From a virus (lineage: Duplodnaviria; Caudoviricetes): a DNA stretch of 40,166 bases. Positions 33,429 to 40,166 of this stretch are shown here, piece after piece. The notes under the pieces are model-generated. The model ran no database searches and was not told the DNA's origin. It saw only the letters and a program-made list of their open reading frames with translations. A program made the translations under genes and the position numbers. Location: IMG/VR virus record IMGVR_UViG_3300005573_000164, positions 1 through 40,166 of that record; one strand, given 5' to 3'. The first letter of the stretch is position 1. Each line of letters begins with the position of its first letter.

Positions 33429-34130
33429 ATGTCCGCCAAAGAGAAAATCACCGCTTCGCTCGCCTCATACCCCGCCCGCGCCGACCAACTCCGCGTCACC
33501 GTGGCCAGTTTGTTGCCGCAAGTGGATCACCTGAATGTGTGGCTCAATGAGTATGATGCCATTCCAGGCTACCTGAATCACCCAAAGATTACCGCGACCG
33601 TGGCGTTCCCGACACGGGGCGATGCCGGCAAGTTCGCATGGACGGATCAAGTGCAAGGCTACCATTTGATTTGCGATGACGACATCATCTATCCCGCCGA
33701 TTACGCTCACCAGATGATTGCCGGTGTGGAACGCTACCACCGGAAGGCTGTGGTGGGACTACATGCTGTTTGGATCAAAGAGCCGGTCACCAGTTACTAC
33801 AAGAACCGGAAGGTCATCAATGCCATCGTGCCGCTTGATAAGGACATACCCTGTCACTTGCTGGCAACGAATTCTCTGGCGTATCATACCAGTACCCTCA
33901 AGATCACTCCGCGTGATTTCCCAGTGCCGAACTATGCCGACCCGTTCTTTGCCATCCTGACCCAACGCCAGCAAGTGCCATGCGTGGCGCTGGCCCGGCG
34001 CGCGGGCTGGATCACGCACCTGCATGTTTCGGAATCACTCTACGAGAAATTCAGTCATGGCGATGACGCCCTGCACACCAAGATCGTGCAACTGCTTTCC
34101 CCCTGGACCCTATGGCCACTCCCGCAGTAA
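33429..34130 (+). CDS. Glycosyltransferase (GT-A fold)
   Basis: ASLASYPAR, GDAGKF and CDDDIIYP (DxD). Confidence 0.85.
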   Translation: MSAKEKITASLASYPARADQLRVTVASLLPQVDHLNVWLNEYDAIPGYLNHPKITATVAFPTRGDAGKFAWTDQVQGYHLICDDDIIYPADYAHQMIAGVERYHRKAVVGLHAVWIKEPVTSYYKNRKVINAIVPLDKDIPCHLLATNSLAYHTSTLKITPRDFPVPNYADPFFAILTQRQQVPCVALARRAGWITHLHVSESLYEKFSHGDDALHTKIVQLLSPWTLWPLPQ

Positions 34131-35035
34131 CGGTTGGCGTTTGCACCTTTAATCGCGCGCACTTGTGGCAGCGCGGGTTGTTGCTCAACTCCTTGCGGAA
34201 CCAGACCGATCAAGATTTCGAGTTGCTGGTCGTGGATGACAATTCCACCGATGGAACACTGAATGAATTGCGGTGGTTGCTCAAGGAATTTCCCCGGGCG
34301 CGGCTCTTCCACTGCACCGCCCCCAAGAAACAGGAAACCCAATCCGACGCCCTTCCGCAGAACATTCTTATCCGGGAAGCATCGGCCCCAGTGTTCCTGC
34401 ATTTGGACGATGACGGCTGGCTGTCGCCGCTGGCCGTGGCGTTCGTTAAATCCCTTGCGCTCGACCGGGTCCAAGGTGTGTACTACGGAGAGCTTTACAT
34501 GGTGCAGCCGGAGGATCTGAAAGTGATCTGGAAGGATACGCGCACCCATGTCATCGCCCAAAACAAGCCTGGCATCCATAGGATTCCAGACGGTTCGCAG
34601 AGCGAATGCGGCGCAGTCTGGGCCACAGCGACCGGCTTGTTACGCCATCTTGGAGGTCACGATCTAAGTGCGGCGCATCGGCGCGGCAGTGACCGCCGGC
34701 TGGGCGCGCGGCTGAAACAGCTAACCCGGACGTGGTATGTTGCTGGCCCCGCCCTGCGGTTCTACCATCTTGGAAAGTCTTGGACCCAACAACATGCCGG
34801 CAACGCCGAACTGATCCACAAGTTCTATCAGCCACGGGATACCCAGCAGGAAGTGATTGCCAACGGCGGCATGGCCTTCTGGGATTGTGGCAAGCTTGAC
34901 CGGTTGTACCGGGAAGTAGTGTTGACTTCCCAATCCCAAGTGGAATGTCAAAGTTCAAAACTCTCAACGCCAAGCTCACCGCCACCGCCAGTCCGACTGG
35001 AGTTGACGAAGCAACCGGCACCTTGCGCGGTGTAA
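34112..35035 (+). CDS. Glycosyltransferase family 2
   Basis: VTVGVCTFNR, QTDQDFELLVVDDNSTDGT, HLDDD and GGHD. Confidence 0.88.
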   Translation: MATPAVTVGVCTFNRAHLWQRGLLLNSLRNQTDQDFELLVVDDNSTDGTLNELRWLLKEFPRARLFHCTAPKKQETQSDALPQNILIREASAPVFLHLDDDGWLSPLAVAFVKSLALDRVQGVYYGELYMVQPEDLKVIWKDTRTHVIAQNKPGIHRIPDGSQSECGAVWATATGLLRHLGGHDLSAAHRRGSDRRLGARLKQLTRTWYVAGPALRFYHLGKSWTQQHAGNAELIHKFYQPRDTQQEVIANGGMAFWDCGKLDRLYREVVLTSQSQVECQSSKLSTPSSPPPPVRLELTKQPAPCAV

Positions 35036-36012
35036 TCCTTGTCGAGAAGGGCGCGGCCAAGTTTTGGGCCGAAGATCCCAAGACGAAGAGTAAATTTCAG
35101 ATGTTCATTGGCGATGCGTTTCTTGATGCGTTGGCAAAGCTCAAATCCATTGCCGTCCGCGCTGACCCGCCCCCCGATGAAGTTCATGGCGGCGCCTTGG
35201 CCGTGCTCGGTGAAGCCATCAATCTCCGGCGCGACGGCGACAATGTCCGGGCCGACATTCAGTTCATTGATCCGACGGAACCGGCCGCCCGCAAATTGTT
35301 GAAGCTTGGCGCGAAAGCCCCGCATCTGGCAATGATGTCGTTGGTGTTCACCTACCAGGTGTTGCGCGATCTGACGGCAAAGTTGCGCGAAGTGGTGCCG
35401 GTCAATGTTCAGTTCGCGGATTTCGTTTCGCAAGGCGCGGCCACATCCGCATTGTTCAGTGAAGAACCCGAACCAGTTGACACAACCGAAGGGAGTAGCA
35501 TGAACTACGAATTTCTCCGAACGCTCTGCGCGAAGCTCGGCATCTCGTTCCCCAAGACCGATGCCGAGGTCACCACGGAAATTGCGACGAAGGCTGCTGC
35601 TGACGTACAGGCCAAGCTCGCCGCCCAAGACCAAGAGAGTGCGGACTTAAAAGCGAAGCTGGCCGAAGTGGAGAAGAAAGCCGCGCCACAACCGGTGGAC
35701 ATCGCCAAATTGACGATGGACATCACCGGTGCCGTGATCGCCAAGCTCAAGGCCGAAGGATTGGCCGGGACCAAAGGCAAGCCAGCCGCCGCCGACCCGC
35801 CCGCCGATGACGACAACGCCAAGCTCAAGGCCGACAAGCAGATTTCCGCCCTCGCTGCGAAGCTGAAAGCCAAGCCCGAGGAATTGACCGCCAAGCTCGC
35901 CAAGCTGACGCCAAGACAGCAGGAAGTCTGTTTCGCGCTGGAACTCGATCCCGAACAATTTGCCGAGGCCAAAGAGAAGTACGGCAAAATCACCGAAACG
36001 ATGCCACTCTGA
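34945..36012 (+). CDS. Prohead protease plus scaffold (probable internal start at 35500)
   Basis: N-terminal protease-like domain with H, S and a DFVSQGAAT motif; Ala/Lys-rich C-terminal scaffold; in-frame ATG 35500 preceded by GGGAG and TTGACA. Confidence 0.75.
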   Translation: MSKFKTLNAKLTATASPTGVDEATGTLRGVILVEKGAAKFWAEDPKTKSKFQMFIGDAFLDALAKLKSIAVRADPPPDEVHGGALAVLGEAINLRRDGDNVRADIQFIDPTEPAARKLLKLGAKAPHLAMMSLVFTYQVLRDLTAKLREVVPVNVQFADFVSQGAATSALFSEEPEPVDTTEGSSMNYEFLRTLCAKLGISFPKTDAEVTTEIATKAAADVQAKLAAQDQESADLKAKLAEVEKKAAPQPVDIAKLTMDITGAVIAKLKAEGLAGTKGKPAAADPPADDDNAKLKADKQISALAAKLKAKPEELTAKLAKLTPRQQEVCFALELDPEQFAEAKEKYGKITETMPL

Positions 36013-36023
36013 GGTAAATCATC

Positions 36024-36449
36024 ATGGCTAATCTCTCCGCTGCTTACAATTCCAGTATCACCAACCAACGCGCCCAAACGGCGTTCGTCGTGGCAGCCGG
36101 CCAGACCTTTTATGAAGGCGGCTTGGTGCAGTTGAATGACGCTGGCAAGATCATTCCTGCCGACGCGACCAGTGCCAAAAAGATTGTCGGCCAGTTCGTC
36201 CGTCTGTCGCCCGATGGGTTGACCGCCGAAGTTCGCGAAGGTGACATCACCCTCGCCAATGCCCTCGACACCGATGCTTGCACCCAAGCCAATGTTGGTG
36301 CGGCAGTGTACGCCTCCGACGATCACACGGTCAGCAAGAATCAGAGTGACGGCGGCAGCCCGCCCAACAATCGTCCGAAGGCCGGCCTGTTGGTCGGCTT
36401 CACGGCGGCGGGCAATCCGATTGTCCGGTGCACGCTCGAAACCACATAA
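36024..36449 (+). CDS. Head decoration / capsid cement protein
   Basis: 141 aa, VAAGQTFYEGGLV...VGAAVYASDDHTV, between the protease and the capsid gene. Confidence 0.72.
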   Translation: MANLSAAYNSSITNQRAQTAFVVAAGQTFYEGGLVQLNDAGKIIPADATSAKKIVGQFVRLSPDGLTAEVREGDITLANALDTDACTQANVGAAVYASDDHTVSKNQSDGGSPPNNRPKAGLLVGFTAAGNPIVRCTLETT

Positions 36450-36461
36450 GGAAACGACATC

Positions 36462-37403
36462 ATGGAACTCTCTCACGACGCTCTAATTGGATTCCGCACC
36501 CGATATTCGACCCTGTTCAATCAGGCGTTGAACCTCGCCCAGCCAGCCATTGAAAAAGTGGCGTTGCGCGTGGATTCAGGCCGGGTCGAACTGGTCAACC
36601 ATCGTTGGATGCGCGGCATCCCCGGTGTCCGCGAGTTCATCGGCGCGCGGCATTATAACAACCTGGGCTCGGACGGGTTTGTGGTGAAGAATAAGAAGTG
36701 GGAAAACACGATCGTCATCAAGCGCGAAGACCTCGAGCGCGACCAATATGGCATCTACGATCCGTGGGTGAGCCGCATGGGGCAATCGGTCATGCTCCAC
36801 CGCGACGTGTTGGGTTTCGGCCTGCTGTCGCAGGCGTTGTCCGACCCCAGCATCAAGTCGTATGATGGCATTGCCTTCTATGGCAATCACAATGCCGACC
36901 GGAAGAAATCGTTCAACAACAAGTCCTCCGCGAATCTCAATGAGATTTCGTTGCAGACTGCGATTCAGGAACTGCGCAACCGTCGGGATTCTGAAGGCAA
37001 CAAGCTGATGGCCGCTTCCTCGAAGCCGCTGTTGATCGTGCCGCCGGCCTTGGAGTTCACCGCCCGCAAACTGGCGAATGCCAGCTTTATTGTCCAGACC
37101 GCCCCGGGCTCCGGTGCGCCGAGCGCCACGAATCAAGCCGCGCAAGCCGAGAACGTCTTGCAAGGAATGTTTGATCTCCATGTCGAGCCGTTGCTGGCTA
37201 CCGACAAGGAATGGCACCTGACGATTCAGGATCAAGTGTTCAAGCCGCTCGTGTTCCAGGTGGAATCCGACATTGAATTTCTCGGTTACGAGAAGTTCCT
37301 GCACCGCTGGTCCGACAACGATGAATTCGTCATCGGCACCCGCGCCTTGTACAATGTTGCGGTCGGTCTGCCGGAAATGTGCTATGGCTCGACCGGGACC
37401 TAA
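36462..37403 (+). CDS. Major capsid protein, Mu gpT-like
   Basis: W..GIPGVREFIG, NKKWENTIVIKREDLERDQYGIY, YDGIAFY, LIVPPALE, KPLVFQ and YGSTG. Confidence 0.92.
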   Translation: MELSHDALIGFRTRYSTLFNQALNLAQPAIEKVALRVDSGRVELVNHRWMRGIPGVREFIGARHYNNLGSDGFVVKNKKWENTIVIKREDLERDQYGIYDPWVSRMGQSVMLHRDVLGFGLLSQALSDPSIKSYDGIAFYGNHNADRKKSFNNKSSANLNEISLQTAIQELRNRRDSEGNKLMAASSKPLLIVPPALEFTARKLANASFIVQTAPGSGAPSATNQAAQAENVLQGMFDLHVEPLLATDKEWHLTIQDQVFKPLVFQVESDIEFLGYEKFLHRWSDNDEFVIGTRALYNVAVGLPEMCYGSTGT

Positions 37404-37444
37404 TTGCCGCCAATGCTGACGCATCTCCTCGTCAGCCTCGCATC

Positions 37445-37480
37445 GCGCCAGCCTTGGGAAGCCAAGGCTGGTGCTGTTTA
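37445..37480 (+). terminator. Intrinsic terminator after the capsid gene
   Basis: GCGCCAGCCTTGG-GAAG-CCAAGGCTGGTGC followed by TGTTT. Confidence 0.65.
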
Positions 37481-37490
37481 GAGGAAGAAT

Positions 37491-37814
37491 ATGTTGAACT
37501 TGGAAGCGTTGGACCAGCACAATCAGCGGGCTGTGACCGACCTCCCGGCCACGCTGACGTTGCTTGCCACTGGTTACTCCATCAAAGGCATCAAGTCCAG
37601 CCTCACGGAAACCCAACGCCTGACCATCGGCGCGCTCGAAGAACATCTGGCGGCGAATTTCGGGTGCCGGACGGCGGTGCTGCCGACCCCGGCGCCCGTC
37701 AAAGGCGCACTCTGTACCGTCACCGGTGAGCCGGAGAGGCTGAAAATCGTCTCGATCAGCAACTCTGCGGATGGCAACTGGATTCGCTACGTTTTGGGAT
37801 ACGCCCGCCAATGA
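37491..37814 (+). CDS. Head-tail joining protein (FII-like)
   Basis: 107 aa, beta-rich; position after the capsid gene. Confidence 0.55.
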   Translation: MLNLEALDQHNQRAVTDLPATLTLLATGYSIKGIKSSLTETQRLTIGALEEHLAANFGCRTAVLPTPAPVKGALCTVTGEPERLKIVSISNSADGNWIRYVLGYARQ

Positions 37815-38251
37815 GCGCCCCATTCAACAAGTTTGCCGGCGCCTTGGAAGATTGCATCATCGAATTGATGCGACTGCCGGAGCTTGCGTTGCCTCCCAAC
37901 GCGCTCGACAACCTGACGCCGGGCAAGTCGGAGAACATGGACAAGTGCCCGCGTATCGTGGTGTCACTCGAAGATGGCGAGGAAGCCATTTACCAGAGCG
38001 GCATCTACCGGGGCACGCTCAAGATCCGCTGCATCACGGATATTGATTCTGGCGACCGGGCGGCCGCCGAAGCGTTGTTTGGGGCAGTCTGCGACTTCAT
38101 TCAGTTGCCGGACCTCAAGGCCCGGCTGAATGCCACCGGCAAGGTATTCATCCACGGCTTCGGCCTGCCGGAGTATTCCCGATCGGAGGCTGGCGACCGG
38201 GACTGGACGGATACGATCAGCTTGAACGTGTTCGGGTTTGCGACCAGTTGA
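37811..38251 (+). CDS. Tail terminator (putative)
   Basis: 146 aa, acidic, PRIVV motif; position before the tail tube gene. Confidence 0.55.
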   Translation: MSAPFNKFAGALEDCIIELMRLPELALPPNALDNLTPGKSENMDKCPRIVVSLEDGEEAIYQSGIYRGTLKIRCITDIDSGDRAAAEALFGAVCDFIQLPDLKARLNATGKVFIHGFGLPEYSRSEAGDRDWTDTISLNVFGFATS

Positions 38252-38306
38252 CTCGCGCCAATGAATTGAACCGAATGAGTACAACCTTTTATCCGGAGAA
38301 AACATC

Positions 38307-38675
38307 ATGCCAGGAACTGTGACCCGCTTTGGTGATACCGAGCCGCAATTCGGTTTAGCCGAGGAATCCAGCCTTGGTTACATTCAGGAGTTCAACCAGA
38401 AGGAAGAGTGGGAAGAAGTCACTTTGGAAGATCACGCCGGCTCAACTGTGGCCCTGGCCCTGTTGAACAAGAAGTGGTCTGGCAGTTTCACCTTTGTCGC
38501 CAAGACCGGCTCGACCCTGCCTGTGACCGCCACCTCGCAGGCACTGGCTAACCTCAAGGACATCACCAAGGTCATCATTACGACCAAGGATTTCAAGCCC
38601 GAGCAGAAGAACTTTGCCAAGTACACCTACGAGTTCAAAGCCTACGCGGGCATCAGTCTCGAAGGCTCACCGTAG
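38307..38675 (+). CDS. Tail tube protein (putative)
   Basis: 122 aa, beta-rich, GGAG RBS; position. Confidence 0.55.
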   Translation: MPGTVTRFGDTEPQFGLAEESSLGYIQEFNQKEEWEEVTLEDHAGSTVALALLNKKWSGSFTFVAKTGSTLPVTATSQALANLKDITKVIITTKDFKPEQKNFAKYTYEFKAYAGISLEGSP

Positions 38676-38696
38676 CCGCCGGAAAGGAAAAATAAA

Positions 38697-39062
38697 ATGG
38701 AAGTAGAAAATAAAATTGATCCACCTCCGACCCAACGGCAAGAACTATTGGTCACGCAGTTTCTCGCCGAAGCCAATTTCATCGCCACCGTGACCGGCCA
38801 GAAGCCGGTCAACGTCACCAAAGGACCGTTGCTGCTGAAGGATGGCGTCACCCCGGTCACGCGCTGGTGGTTTGTCTCGACTCCCGCCATAGACGAAGCC
38901 ATTGCCTTCTACCGGGCCGTGGATACGCCCAAGGGCGGCAACCCGAAGGATTGGAGCATGATGACCAAGGATGAGAAACATGCCGTCGCCAAGATTTGCA
39001 GCTATCTCGCCGCGAATCAGCGGTTGTTTCTCCGTCATGTGAAGGAGACCAGCAATGCCTAA
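38697..39062 (+). CDS. Hypothetical protein
   Basis: 121 aa with an AAAGGA RBS. Confidence 0.6.
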   Translation: MEVENKIDPPPTQRQELLVTQFLAEANFIATVTGQKPVNVTKGPLLLKDGVTPVTRWWFVSTPAIDEAIAFYRAVDTPKGGNPKDWSMMTKDEKHAVAKICSYLAANQRLFLRHVKETSNA

Positions 39063-39204
39063 CGAAGAAGTCGAAATCCAGACTTACGACCGGGCTGTGA
39101 TCGCGCTGATCATCGTCCAGAAGGACGGTAAAATCACCGCGACCGGCAACAAAGCCAAAGCTCTCGAAATCTGCCGTCAATTCTTGGCGCAGGAAGACAA
39201 ATGA
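39055..39204 (+). CDS. Small hypothetical protein (not in the ORF track)
   Basis: MPNEEVEIQTYDRAVIALIIVQKDGK... (49 aa); AAGGAG RBS; ATGA-coupled to the next gene. Confidence 0.55.
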   Translation: MPNEEVEIQTYDRAVIALIIVQKDGKITATGNKAKALEICRQFLAQEDK

Positions 39205-39836
39205 GCGATGCCCTTAAACTCGTTGGCGCGACTCAGGAGGAACTCAAAGACCCTCGCGTGCAAGCGGCCTTGGCCGCGATCGACGAAACGCCAATCTCCG
39301 AAGCCGAAGCCGCGCGCCACATGATTGAGGCTGTCCCGCCGCCGGACGTTGTGCCGATGGCCAGCAATCAGTGCGGCCTCGAACAGTACGGCATCAAACT
39401 CCGCCGCAAGACCAACATCCACGACCTGTTCATTGCGCGGGTCTTCGCCCTCGGCCTGCCGCCCACGGAAGAGTTTGTGAAAGAGTTTCAGGCCGACCCG
39501 GAGAACAAAGGGCGATCCGTCCCGGAGAAGATCGTCCCGCAAATCTATCTACCCACCGCGTTCATCTTCATCATGGCCGCGCCGTTTGCGGCCATCGAGG
39601 CCGCGATTTCCAAGGGCGAGAAGGAAGGTCTGTTCGCGTTCCTCGAAGCCGCCGACCAGTGGATTGCCGATTCGGGCATACCAACCAACAAGCCGGAAGA
39701 AGTGTTCAAGGCCATCGAATCGAGCTTCGCCGCCATGAACAAGATGTCGCCACCGGCCACCGGCGACGCCGTCACGCCCGGCCAGCCCATCGTAAAAAAA
39801 AATCAGCACCTTGGTTCGTCACCCTCGAAGACTTGA
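39201..39836 (+). CDS. Tail assembly chaperone (G)
   Basis: 211 aa upstream of the tape measure gene, with a slippery site near its end. Confidence 0.7.
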   Translation: MSDALKLVGATQEELKDPRVQAALAAIDETPISEAEAARHMIEAVPPPDVVPMASNQCGLEQYGIKLRRKTNIHDLFIARVFALGLPPTEEFVKEFQADPENKGRSVPEKIVPQIYLPTAFIFIMAAPFAAIEAAISKGEKEGLFAFLEAADQWIADSGIPTNKPEEVFKAIESSFAAMNKMSPPATGDAVTPGQPIVKKNQHLGSSPSKT

Positions 39837-40039
39837 TCCTTCATGAATATCCTTCCATCAGCCGTACGGAATACTGGTGGCAGATGGACCTGCTGGAAGT
39901 CGGCCTCAAACTGTCCGCCATCCGCACCCGGAAGCTGGCCGAAGCCGGGAAGGATGATGACTATATCCTGACTGACCCGATGATCCGCGTCATCGAAACC
40001 ATCGAGGCCATTCGCGCGGAGAAACGGAAGAAGGTTTGA
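39794..40039 (+). CDS. -1 frameshift extension of the chaperone (GT)
   Basis: A9 run at 39794-39802 (GTA AAA AAA AAT); the -1 frame is open to 40039 (KKKSAPWFVTLEDL...). Confidence 0.72.
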   Translation, partial: KKKSAPWFVTLEDLILHEYPSISRTEYWWQMDLLEVGLKLSAIRTRKLAEAGKDDDYILTDPMIRVIETIEAIRAEKRKKV

Positions 40040-40045
40040 GACTGC

Positions 40046-40166
40046 CCGCAATCATGGAACATCATGGCTGATACATTCATCGGACTTGGACTCGACTACC
40101 GCGAGTTTGTGAACGGCGCGAACGCGGCGACCGGAGAGGTCGTCAAGAACGCGCAGGCCAGCTTCA
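40046..40166. repeat. Terminal direct repeat (equals 1-121)
   Basis: Exact match to the window start. Confidence 0.95.

Noticed and set aside
36576-37823. Long minus-strand ORFs in the late arm (e.g. 415 aa, 323 aa, 300 aa) and plus-strand ORFs in the early arm
   Set aside because: Antisense shadows of well-supported genes in GC-rich DNA, with no motifs or RBS.

Overview
The window is a complete, circularly assembled tailed-phage genome of about 40,045 bp: nt 1-121 are repeated exactly at 40046-40166. It has two divergent arms. The + strand late arm (27003 round to 9591) encodes a lambda-type Nu1/GpA terminase, gpW and portal, two glycosyltransferases, a Mu-like protease/scaffold and gpT capsid, siphovirus tail genes with a -1 frameshifted chaperone, a tape measure protein, a 12-aa-repeat fibre-like protein and a lysis region with no recognisable endolysin. 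The - strand early arm (26650 to 9686) encodes a WGR-ATP-dependent ligase, a pentapeptide protein, a clamp-loader-like ATPase, RHH and HTH regulators, an SSB-like protein, two DNA methyltransferases, a minimal PolX, a VRR-NUC nuclease and a replication initiator. No integrase or cI-like repressor is visible. The most striking feature is an integron-type attC cassette array at 12011-16676 (about 10 attC sites), with further cassette-like units at 21416-21660 and possibly 19473-20051, and no integron integrase. The attC top strands lie on +, but the phage genes run antisense through them. Start codons and RBSs sit inside the attC loops, and every gene that reads across an R' crossover box does so in the same frame (AAC = Asn, or its degenerate equivalent). 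This suggests a phage gene-shuffling system that borrows a host IntI. A PVC-group (Verrucomicrobia-like) host is a tentative inference only. All family calls are by motif recognition, not database search.
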